Assembly (NCBI GenBank): GCA_964106915.2
Contig: OZ066916.1
Length of the DNA: 64,000 nucleotides
Strand: one strand, 5' to 3'
From: Podarcis gaigeae
Taxonomy: Eukaryota
Every line of letters begins with the position of its first letter. Within the stretch, counting starts at the first letter, position 1. Below, in pieces: positions 50,450 to 62,577 of this stretch. The notes below the pieces were generated by a model that saw nothing but the letters and a program-made list of their open reading frames with translations, made no database searches and was not told the DNA's origin. A program made the position numbers and the translations under genes.

Positions 50450-53400
50450 TGGGGGGTGCATTAGAAAGTAGTCTTGCTGAAAAGATATTGTGAGCGGAGG
50501 CAGAAAGAGCAAAATGATGTCTCTTTTCTTTTCCTAGCCTTGTTTTAGACATCCCCTTCGTGAGTAGCCTTAAGACTTTCATAGCAATTTACTATTGAAA
50601 ATGCTTGATTTCCACCCCAGCTTCATATTTCTGCATGACTTCATTGAGTGCACTTATGTGAAAGTACAGCAGAAGAAGCATCTTGGCGTTATGTAATATT
50701 GTTAAGAGTGGGACTATGTAAAAACATGATGTGAAGAAGATGGTTGTGACGCTAGGAGGTTTTCAGTGCAGGCTGGAAGAACAATCAGTCTGAGGATTAT
50801 TTTGTGAAAGAGGGATTGCAAGAAGTGCTCAGTTCCTGGCAGACAACAGCTTTAGATATCATCCCTGAGTCTGGAAGGAGAAAATTATTATCTGACTCTC
50901 TTTCCTTAACATATGTAAGTAAAGAAATCAAAATTGTAATTAATCTAAACTCCACAAGTGTTTGTTTGTTTCTTTGTTTGTGCACATAATGCACAACGTA
51001 TATCTGAGTTTCTGTTTTTCTTCTTGCTTTATGATTTAAAGCTTAAGCAAAGTAATGCACATATTTTTGAAGCTTCTTTGAATGTAAATTTATTTCACAA
51101 CTTTTTGGGGAAGGAAGACCTTTCTCTTACCGTACGGAACACATTTACATTGACTAGCAGACTGCTCTGCTTTTGCAACTGAGGTGGTGAATGAAGAAAA
51201 GGATTTCTGTATCTGAATTTAAAAGCAAATTAAGACAAAAAGCAACTGAAATGGTGCTTAATTTTCGAAAAAGGAAGTTGTTTCCCCCTGTGCGGAATGT
51301 GTAAATCTACATTCTCTTGATGATGATCCTTAAATGTTGTGTTTCTTTCCCTTGAAGTTTCTCTTTGTGGGAGTTCCAACTGCTTTCTTTTTAAAAAATA
51401 AGACATTTCTGTTTTCCTTCAGATCCACAGTGTAGTTGTATATTGCAATGTTGTGGATATCATAGATAGAGAGATAGTAAGACTTCAAACTATGTTTCAA
51501 AACTGTTTTATAGTAATGACACATACACTCTATAGCTGTTGCCTTGAAACTATAACAGAGGACATTAAAATATCTGAGAATGCAGTATAATTGCTGAGTG
51601 AATTGTTTGTGCTTTGTTGAATCATATCTGTGGGTCTGTGTGCTCTTTGCTTTTACGTAAAGGCTGATATAGACTGACAGTAACCAAGGTCAATGAATCC
51701 ATACACTAAAATGCAATGTTCTACATGTTGCCTGACAAGATAATAGTATAGATGCTTCTTTTTCTTGTTATGTATGTTGGTTAGAAGTTAAGGATTGAAT
51801 CAAACTAAGTTTTACTCAGAGTACCTTCATTGAAGTTAATGAGTCTATGTTAGTCATGTGTATTGATTTCATCAGATACAGTCTAAGTGTTTGCAGCCCA
51901 GTCCTATGCATGCTTACTTGGAAGTAAGTCTCCATGGATTAGGATTGCAGACTGAAATGATTCTGATAGAACAGGGTTGGCTAACTTTTTCAGCACAAAG
52001 GTGCCATTCACCCATGGCCAATCCTCAAAGGGCTGTGTGCTAGCATGTGGCCAGGAAGTGTTGAGGCCAATGCATGCTTTCACCATTACACTCGCCACAC
52101 ACACTGGTTGCATTGGACATACCACATGTGCACACATGACATACAAAAATAGAAGGCATGCGCACACACATCCCCAATAGCCCCCTGCTCACCCTATTCA
52201 TGCAGATCAACTAGGTAGGGAGCATAAAGTCACCCCTTTGCCACTCATCAACTTAATGCATCTCTAGGGGTGGATGGCATTCTTAAAATACTCATGTGAA
52301 ATTGCTGGACTACTTACAAAAATGTGCAACTTACTAAAATCAGACTACATATCAGAGGATTAGAGGGATAGCTCTCTTAGGTGAATTGGTAGAAAGTGAC
52401 ATTAGAGCTGGAATTGGTAAAAAAAAAGGGGGGGAGGTGGGTGGGCAGGAGAGCTGGATGTATCAGAATGGCTTTTGCAAAAGGATTCCTGCAACACCAA
52501 CCTTTTAGAATTATTTGATTATAGGTTTACACAACTCTCCAATGCATTAGAAGTATATATTAAAGGCTTGCATGATTGTGCCAGCTAGCGCTATCCAACA
52601 CTGCCACTTCGTGCAACACACATGTCCCTTCCAGCTGCATGTGGGCCATGTGAAATGGCAAGATGCACATGCACCTCCTCCATGAAAGGTAAAAATGCAT
52701 CTGTATAGATTTAAGGTTGCTTCACATGGGTGCTGAACATACGGATGTTGGCAACATGTGAGGGGATTCATGTGAACCCCCTATTTATTTATTAAATTTG
52801 CATAGCACCCTTCATCTGTAGATCTCAGGGTGGTTTTCAACATAAAAATACAAGATAAAAACCACAAAATACGTAATAAAAACCCTTTGATGAGTGGGTG
52901 CATTCCAAGCAATGAGAGAGGGATGGTGGGAGATCCCATGACAAGTGTGGCACTGAGGAGAAGAGGCAGGCTGAATCTAAGCCCGAGGAGCAGACCTGCA
53001 TGAAGACTGGCTGTCAACCAATCAGGCCCGCTCCCTGGAAGCCCACCTCCAGGCCTGCCTGTGATTGGCCAATTTCAGGCAAAACTCCCAGAGCCACGGC
53101 CATGGCAGTGGGAGGCAGTGCAATGCTGCAACCTCCATGCCACTTTCCTGGTAGAAGCACTATGAAAAGTGGCAAAGTTCTGGTGGCCAGAAACTGACGA
53201 TCAAAAATAAACTCTGTGTTTTCTGTTTATCTGATAACCATTGCAAGAAATGGCTATATAATTTACCTGAAGCCTGAATAAAAGTGCTGCATAACTGGAG
53301 CTTGTCCTCTGGCATTTTTGAAGACTTGCTGGTCCAAAGGAATACATAACCAGTTCTGTGTTTCTGTATGGTGTAGCTCATAAGCAAGTACTCGCTGTAA

Positions 53401-54859
53401 TAGGAAGTTTTGCCCTTGAACTCATGTAATTGTTGACTTCGAAAAATTTATATGAGCGAGTATGGAACAGATAGCAAAGAAAAGAATCCTTGATTATTAC
53501 TCAAAATGGTTAAAGTTTAATGAAAGCTCCTTATCAGCCACAGATAGGGGGCTCCATTCCTGTGATCCTGAATCACCATTGCTATACTTTTACTATTCCA
53601 TAATAAGTTCTTTTTACTATGTCAATGGAATAAATTTAATGTTTCAAACCAAAATTGTGGTGTCTTTATGTTAAATGGCTTATGAATAGCAAAGTCAAAG
53701 AATTCTTAAAAGATATGAATGATAACGAGAATGAATTCTCCGTGGTTACCATAGTTTCAGACTCTGATCCTTAGGAAATGGTTATGGAACAAGGCTCTGT
53801 CACTCTGTGTAATTATAGTAAAGTGGAATGTTGTTAATGTGGGAATTCATCAAACATTTAAAATAAAGTAAAATAAAATTTGCATTTAAACATCTTTACA
53901 CCAAGCCACTAATTTTCTAATGTCAAATATTTTAGCCAAGTACACCCACCCACTAGGTAGTATATGGATTCAATAGTGTCAACTATTTGGGAAAATTTAG
54001 TTTGGGGTTGGAAATAAATATTTAATGTATTACAATCTAGGATATTTTGTGGTTTTCCTAGAAGAAAAATCTTCAAAGTGAATTTTATAATACACTGGCA
54101 GAGTGTAGTGTGTCACCTAAACTTTAAACTGTGGTTAATTTTACTTATGGTTCGAGGTCAGCCTGTTTTAACGAAGAATGGTTAAAACTGGCCACAGTTT
54201 GTTGGAGTTCGGACATAATGAACTCCTTCCAAACTCCTCATAGCACTGGCAGTGAAGGAAATCTTCATGCCATGGTTGCATCCTGGAAGCATATGTTAGG
54301 CTAGTGTGGAAATAGAAGGCAGGACCTTTTATCTAGTCCAGCAGAGTTTCTCTTACATTTACAAAGCAATTTGAATGGCCTCTTGTTTTCCAATTTACTT
54401 GTATTTTTCAAATTGCAAGATGAAGAGATTATTGAACTATTTGATACAAAAATGGTTGCAATTTGTTAATTAAGAGCTTGTGCCAGCTGCCATATGGTTA
54501 GCTTTTAATTCATGAAGCTGCTAAATCTGTTCCGCCTCCAACACGGAACTGAAGCATTTGCTGTATACTTTGAGCAGGAGTGAAGATACTGTTGACTCTA
54601 GAACTATGCAGCCTTTTCCAGTCATGGCGTAAGAAAGTGTGGGAGTGTTTTTCAAGATTACTCTGTTGGAAGAGTTGCATATCACACATTGCTGTATTTG
54701 CCCCCAAATGCACCAAATGGAAAAAGTGGCTTTCACTTAGTGAAGGATTGCTGAAGATGAGGTTCATCCACATACTGTATTGTATTTAGACACCAACTAA
54801 TTAAGAGAATGGCCTTTTCTTACTGGGGTGTCTTTGGGCTGGTTCTCATATGTATATAC

Positions 54860-55099
54860 TGTTAGGTTGTGGGTGAACATATCAGATGACACAGCAATTC
54901 TTCAAACAGCTGTTCTTTATTCAGATGCCAGAACAGAACTGAGCTGAAGGGCTCAGTCAGCCTGCTTATATAGAGCTCCAGTACCTTGTTACTGTAATAA
55001 CTTTCTAAAACTATCCAATCACTGAACGTCACTTTCAATCCTTCATTTGCATAACAGTATCCCCCTGCTGGCCCAGGGTGAGAACTTCAGTACATAACA
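54860..55099 (-). mobile_element. Solo LTR (240 bp), antisense to TIAM2
   Basis: TGTTA...TAACA termini, 5-bp TSD TATAC (54855-54859 and 55100-55104), minus-strand TATATAA followed by AATAAA. Confidence 0.85.
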
Positions 55100-58000
55100 T
55101 ATACATTCCTTGATTACTTTGCATTTGATGACTTGCAGCATGCTTCAGCTAACCATTGTGAAAACCTTTCTGGACTCAATGGCACATGCTATTCATCACT
55201 CGATGTTGCAGTTATTAAGAGCTGGATGTTATCTGTCAACCAGCATTTGCACTTCATTCTTTGTTCAGTTTCAAGAGCGAAAGTTTGAACTAATTGCATT
55301 ATTGAATAGCAAAAGGAAAGGAATACTCATGTTATCAAATTACATGGGTTCTAATCTTTCTCCTTCCCTTTAAATTGGGTTTAGCTAATATGGTGTCCTC
55401 CAGATGTTGTTGGACTCCAGCTCTCATCAGCCCCAGCTAGTGTGGCCAGTGGTCCGAAATTATGGGAGAAGTTCATCCAGCAACATCTGGAGGGTACCAC
55501 ATTGACTACTCATGGCTTAAATCTTTATTCTTCCCAATTGCACTCAACACAAATTTCAGACCTAGACAATGGCCTTCATTCACGCTAAAAAGAACAATGT
55601 ACAGAATGGAAAGTGAATCTGTAAGGACTTGGCCAGATTCATCTCACACATACCCTCAGATCTACAATGACATTGTGCAAAGCCATTCTGACAACTGCAT
55701 CTTTCTGATAAGGCTAGGGAGCAGTGGTGTCATGACTACCATGGCATCATATGTCATCACTTCTATTTTGGGTTCCAGTTATACAAGCAGCCAGTTATTA
55801 GACGTCCTTTAAAAAATAACGATGAATTGCATTTATTTTTCAGAAATGGCATTATTCTATATCGCTTCAATTCAGCATCAAGTATATTCTCTTTCTGGAG
55901 ATCAGCCACAGCTACATTAGGTAGTTTCAGGCAAATTGCCATCTTTCAGCCTTAATTCCCATTCTGCAAAAAAAGAATAATAGTGACCTATCTCACAGAA
56001 TTTCAATGAGGAAGAAAGAGAATAATTGTGAAACACATGACTAAGACATTAAGATAGGAGACAGGGCAAGACTACAGAGATTGGAATTGGCTCAGTTTTT
56101 GAGGCTTTCTATTCAGTTTTATGAGACAAATAAAAGAGCTGCAGTCTGTAGGACTGGGGGTGGGGAGACCTTTTGGCACTTGTGTTACTTCCCAGGTTCT
56201 TTCTATGTTGGATTTACACAGTTGTAAAAAAGTCTTCAAATGAAAGCAGAATCTAGTGGCAGTGAGCTAAGTGATACCCTGTTTTGGGAGTGTGGATGCC
56301 CCCATTGTACACCTTTACTTTTTCTCTATCAGTGAGGGTCTGCCATTCCGTTCCCATTGGGTCAAGTGAATGTATGTGTGCTCATAGAGTACTACAAGCT
56401 CCAGACTCTTTGCTAACCATGTCCTCTCCCCACCCATCCTACCCTGCCTGTCATACCTGGCATTTTACTAGTAAGTAAGTAAATAAAATAATTGATGCAT
56501 ATGCATACAGTCTTAGCATACCCATCCTAACCATTAATATAACCCTAACCTATTGTGCATGCAGATATTACTTGGCTCATAAATGAAAATAGCCGCTGCA
56601 TGTCTGAAGCTCTGCATGAGTATTGAAGACCCAACTGTGAGCCATAATCATTGTCTTAATATTCTTGCTGTAGAACCAGAATAAGGGCATTTTTGGACAT
56701 TCACCAATTGGACATTGGTGAAAATGCAGATCATGATGCTGTTTTATCTGAGCGTAAGCACTTTCCATGTAGTTCAGTTGGACCACATCTCCCATCATCT
56801 CTGACAACAAGCCATGGTAGCTGGGGATTGTGGGAACGGGGTCCCACAATATCTGAAGGAACACATGTTTCCCATTGTTGGGATCCGTGTCCTTTCCAGC
56901 TGCTCTTCCCATCTCATCTTTGGCTGCAGAGCCAAGAGACACTGGGAAGCATACATACAGTCATGCAGGTGCACTTGCTCAGAAGGCCACACACGGAGTG
57001 TGGAAGCTAGATTGCCATATAGAGATGTGCTAGCCCTTGTGTTTTGTGGTTGAGAACCCCAGCTAACCAGACATCCTAGCTCTTGCCACTCTTCTTGGCT
57101 TTGAATAAGAGAGGGAAAGGGTGTGTATAGGACAGATTTCCATACTTTGTGAGTAGAGGTAATGTGAGTATGGCCTGTTCTTGTTGTACCAACTTGTTCT
57201 AGCACCACATACTTTTCTGAAATGTGATCTTGGTTGGTGTCAACCAGCACAAAGGTTATCCACCCTTATTGTACATCAGCCAGTAACTTTGGACTTCCTC
57301 CCATTAGGCACAGTCTTTATTGTCTTCACAGCACCTATTGAAGACCTTCTTTTTTAAACAAGACTTTTTATTGGAGATCTATATACCTGTTTCTATCTGT
57401 ACTGGGCTAGAAATTTTATTTACTTACATATTTATTGTTAAATTGCTTTATTGTCTTTATTGATAAATTACCGTATTTCAGAACTTTTTATGGGAGTGAT
57501 TCATTAATAGAGTATATTACTTAATGGGGAGAAAACTAGGATTTCTTGAACATTTATTCTAAAGCAGAACTTTTTCTACAGCAGTACTGTATGCGGAAAT
57601 ATTTTCTGTAGGTTTCTTCTTAACTAGCTCCAAGAAATGCAGGCTTCAGCTATCACCATGCATCACATCACATAGCATAACCTGCCCTTGGATTGCAAAT
57701 TGATGAAGGGCAGGGTAGAAATGGAAAGAATGAATGATGGATGAAAGAAAAAATAAACAATGTCTCCAGAAGCATGTTTTCAAATTTTCTCAAAATGTTC
57801 TGGAAACAATCCCATGTGTGTTTGTTTAATTGAAATCCTTTTTTTTTTTAGCATTAGGTCTCCATGAGGTTGCAAAGTAAACATTAAAAATAATAGTATT
57901 AAAATATCACAAATGTACATTTAAAGCAGTGGCCATTAATTAAGCTACAGTGAAGTATAGGAAGTTAAATGTCTTTTCAAGCATGAATTTATTACTCAGC

Positions 58001-58488
58001 ACAGCTTACCGTAGATTTTTGTATTGATGCAATTACAACTGGGGAGTTCAAATAAAGGACAAGAAAAATTATATAAACAAAAACCCCACTGAACTGTGTA
58101 CAATTTTTGGCATTCTAACTTTCCAGTGCTGTGTTGCTGTTTTTGAAGCCACGGCATTCAGTGTCTGAAATACTTGACAGAGCAGCAGTGTCACTGAAAA
58201 CTCACTCTGACCTTCAGAGCCATCCAGCCTCTCTATTCTCTCTCTACCCAGCAGATTTCTAATAGTACCCGATGTTTTGGGTTACATGTTAAATTCCATA
58301 GGGTTTGTTAGCCAGAAACCTCTAAATGGGATTTGATCCACAAATTTTTGGGTTTCTTTAAGCAGAGAAATGCTGTGGTGTTCAGTTGAATCTTGAAGGT
58401 ATTCTTCCACCCCTTGCAGGAATTGCAATAGTTTTGTAAGAGATATTTTATAGACCGAGTAGTGTGCTTTTCCCTCTATTTTGTTTAG

Positions 58489-58542
58489 CTCAACTAAATG
58501 CAGAACAGCAGCATATCAGGTTATCGTACGTCAGTGCACAAG
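58489..58542 (+). other. Candidate 54-nt exon with in-frame TAA immediately followed by ATG
   Basis: Pyrimidine tract and tgtttag|58489; CTC AAC TAA ATG CAG...CAC AAG|gtaact; phase 0. Confidence 0.45.
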
Positions 58543-58689
58543 GTAACTGCTGGGTGGTGTTTTTTCCCCTATTGCCAAAGTGCGCCTCAAAATAATGTGC
58601 CAGAGTGATTTAATAAAGGGCCTCGCCACCTTCCCTTTTTGAAGTATTTGCTTTTTTAGGGAGAAAAATTCATTGAGGCAAGTTATACA

Positions 58690-58800
58690 ATGCCTGCCTT
58701 CAAACACAGTAAAACCAGAGTTAAGGGCTTAGCTTTAGGAAGGAAAGCAAAGCAGCAAACATCAGCAGCTTACGGATCCCTGCAGAGGATAGTTTCAAGG
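58690..58800 (+). CDS. Candidate alternative first coding exon of a short TIAM2 isoform (37 aa basic leader)
   Basis: acaATG at 58690, 37 open codons, consensus donor AGG|gtaagt in phase 0 matching the exon at 62404. Confidence 0.55.
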
Positions 58801-61800
58801 GTAAGTGTTTCATTCTTTAAACTGCTTGAGCAAACTTGAAACGCAAAATTTGAAAGAAGCAGGAATTGTATATAAAACCTATGGACTGTCCTTCCATTTA
58901 ATGCATGCACAGTTGTTAATATAATAATATCTGTAAGTGAGCATGGCAGTAATTAACAGAATTGATCTTGAGTAAGGGTAAACTAAACTTGCTGCGTGTG
59001 TGTGTGTGTGTTAAAAAAATAAAATAATGGATTGTGTTTGAGATTGGTGTCCAAAACAATACCACTCACAATACCATGTTGAATCAAACTTCAACAACTG
59101 TTTCAGAATTCTTTGCAAAATTGTCTCCCTTCTACATCTTGCAGCTATTTAAAAGAACAAGGAAGTGCATCTCTAGTATAACTGTGCTAGTGATACAATC
59201 TGCAACTAGCGAAATCCTCCTACTTTGGCAGTAGAGGAGTTTCTTTTTCAGATAACATTTATGTCAGTATGATTCTTTGGGGGGGGGGGGGGTTGGCTGC
59301 AGCGCTGCCCTGTCCCTTAAGTTTCCAACCTCAGTGATTTACAGCACTGATACAGGTGAAGGAGACTTGTATGCAGAAATGGGAAATGCAAGCCTACATG
59401 CAGAAACCATCTATGTAAATTGCATAACATTCTTGATTTCTCATTCATATAGATTGAAAGTAAAGCACTGGGGTAGATGGGATCCATTAGGCAGGTGTGC
59501 ATACAATTTGCACTTTCATTCCTGATAGGAGCACAGACGTGAACCTTCCATACATGGATATCCTTCTCTGGATTGTGGAGTTTTGGACACTCCTCCCCCC
59601 CCCCACCCAAAAAAAGTACACATCTGAAAACTAAAATGAATGTACTTAAGTACAAAGGACAATGAGTTAAATACTGCAGACCTTGACTGTTGTTGTAGTA
59701 GTCTGCAACTTACTTCTTAATTAACACTTTCTGAGTGGGAACAACAGAAAATGACAGAGAATTCTGAGTGCAGGGACACCTTATGTCTAAGCCATGTTTT
59801 AAACATCTGTGATAAGATTGAATCCTGAAGTACCTTTTCCATTGTATACTGTTGAAATTGCATAGAGGAAACCACTTACATTCTTTCTAATTCATTAAAA
59901 CACAACATTAATAGCCAATAAGCTTTAGAATTAGGCTTCAAACTAATACTGATTCAGAGGCTTCCACTGAGCCTGAGCCTCCTTGAATACATCACCATAA
60001 ACAGCTGGTGGATTGCCTTGTAACAGTTTGCCTTGTAACAGTGTCTTGGCTTACTCAGGTTGTGGTTATCTAATCCCGCAAAAGTTTATTCATGAGCAAA
60101 AGATACTGTGCTTGAAGTATTGATCAGGCATATTTTTTTTCTTGCTGTGGGTGGAGAATAGCAAGACCCTGGGCTGCTTAATGAAACTATTTTTATATTG
60201 AATTTTTTCATCACAAAGGAATCCAACTCTCAAGATATTTTGATTAGATTTCTGTGTTGCATAGAGATCATTTATCTTTCTTGTGTTCTATTCTCTCTCC
60301 CACCCCTGACAACCTACATAGCTATTACTGACAATATTTAAGTGTTTGAAGGTTATAACATACCCTCCAACATTTTGGGAGGGCAATTCAGGGCACCCTC
60401 CACTCCATCCCACACCCTCTCCCTGCCACTGACAGTGACCGCCCCCTTCCTCACCTGCCTGCTCATCCTCCTCCAGGGCATCTTCTGTAAATTTGGGATG
60501 TCTGGATTAAATTGGGACACTTGAGGGGTCTGTTATAATAACATAGTAGCCTGAATGGTCTGAGCTATAGCTGTATTTAGTAGCTTGACTGTCTACTCCT
60601 GTGCCAGATTGTTTGATTGTTTCTGATGCCATTATTAGAGGATGAATGATTATCCATAATCTAAAATAATGGTAGGAGTGATGAGAACCCATAGTCTGAA
60701 GCTTGCTCACCGTGTCCATTTTATCTGTTGAATAATTTGTAAGCAAAAACTAAACGCATCATTTTCTAAATAACTTTTGGTGCATACCTTTTGGTGCATT
60801 GCATCTAATTTATTGAGAGGGAGGCGTAGGTGCAACTGCACAAATTCATTTTAGAGAAAACTTTAAAGTCTACAATTCTGGAAGATTAAACTACATGAAA
60901 TACTGGGACAGTGAGGAAGAACACAAAATGAAACGTGACAAGTGTGTTGAATCTTGACACAGCTTGAAGTCACTCACATTCCTGGAAAACGCTTTGGACG
61001 GATGAATCTGGCACAAATATAGCACTAAACTAGAAAACAGCACTTCCTGTCATTATCAACATCTATCTGTTCTGGTGTATCTGTGAGCGTGATAACATTT
61101 TGTTCTTTATAACAACAATTTAACATCTTTAAATAACAAATTGAGGATTGATGCTGACATTGTTTGTGGGTGCAGTCATTTGTTATAAAAATGCCAGAGT
61201 CTGGAATACTGACCATTTCCAACCCCTTCCCACATTCTGCAAGTTTTCAAAAATACACAACAATTTTCTTGTCACTTTTCCCATGACCAATACTACTCAG
61301 ATTGTAAAATAATATACTTCAAGAAATGGGAACAATAGGCAGCATGACTAGCATGTCTGATCTGCAGCATCGTTGACAATGGATGTCATCTTTTTAAAGC
61401 ACCTACAATCATTGTTCTGTGTGCAAGAGATAAAGGAAGCCCTTGCACACAGACCTCAAATCTGCAGGGTGGGAAATAGGAGAAAAAGGGAGAGTGGCAT
61501 TAAATAAGAAAGTGCAGGGCAGCGGGTCCAGGGATGGCTGATAAACACAAGAAAGACTGTAAAAAAATGTGTGGTTGAAAAAGTAAGTTATCATACGACA
61601 GCAGTTCAGCTAGAAATGCTATACAGTAACTGAAAATCATAGAACTGCTAAGTTGGAGTGGACATCAGTGTCCATTCTCACCACCCCATCTTGTTTCCAG
61701 ATTAAGGTCAAACAGCATATCACATGAAATGTGTGGTCCTCTTTAACATAACTGGTTGTTGTTGTTTATCCTTTCCTCTTGGAGCTCTAGTGTCATGTGG

Positions 61801-62164
61801 TTTTCTTATCGTTGTCATTCAAAGGCCGATCTAAAAAGGTGGCATTGTGTTGTGTATTTTTCTGATGTTTGAATAAATAGATTGTAACAGGAAAATCAGA
61901 TACCGAGAAGTTGGTTGGAAAGCTGAAAAATGAACATGTTTTAGCTTACTATTTAGGTATTCTCACATTAGTGCATTATACACTATCTTCCATGGATATT
62001 TTAGATCGAGCAAGAACCTATATTATGTCTTTGCATCTTAAATAATTCATTCACCAAATGGAGTGGGAGGGGGGAGTCTGCCCCTACCAGCATAGCCAGT
62101 GGGCACGGATGATGGAAGTTGTAGTCCAACAACATCTGCAGGGCCATGGAATTGAACATATAGA

Positions 62165-62250
62165 CTGCAATCCTATACCCATGTTCCTGGGACCAAGTCC
62201 AGTTGAACTCAATAGGATTTTCTTCTGGGTTGACATGGATGGGATTGCAC
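62165..62250. repeat. Old palindromic MITE-like element; similar relics near 9280-9385, 42800-42900 and 51790-51950
   Basis: TGCAATCC...GGATTGCA ends with degenerate internal symmetry. Confidence 0.5.
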
Positions 62251-62403
62251 TGGTTAGAGACTTTTGGATTGCACTGTTAGAAACTGAACTCCTTAACCAT
62301 GTATTTGCCTGCTATACATGCAATGGTACATAGGTCAATGTCAAATGTGCAGTGGGAAACAAAGTATGATAACTAGTCTGTCTCTGTGTTTTTCAACCGA
62401 CAG

Positions 62404-62577
62404 AGTGCCGAGCAGATTTCAGCTTTGTGCCCACATTTCCATGAATCTCAGGTAAACAGTATGGAAGGAATAAAGAACATTCCGCCTCTGAAGCCCCTGG
62501 CACGGCAACTTACTGACGCAGACAGACTTAGGAAGGTCATCCAAGAGCTTATGGACACAGAAAAATCTTATGTAAAG
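62404..62577 (+). CDS. TIAM2: TIAM2 coding exon 14 (start of DH/RhoGEF domain); gene continues beyond window
   Basis: cgacag|AGT to AAG|gtaata; SAEQISALC...MEG...LARQLTDADRLRKVIQELMDTEKSYVK; 174 nt. Confidence 0.95.

Noticed and set aside
56577-57250. Overlapping ORFs up to 151 aa
   Set aside because: No protein family resemblance or splice-consistent structure; includes a degraded MITE.
62449-62457. Cryptic in-frame donor CAG|GTAAAC inside exon 14
   Set aside because: Using it would delete the first DH helix, and homology continues to the donor at 62577.
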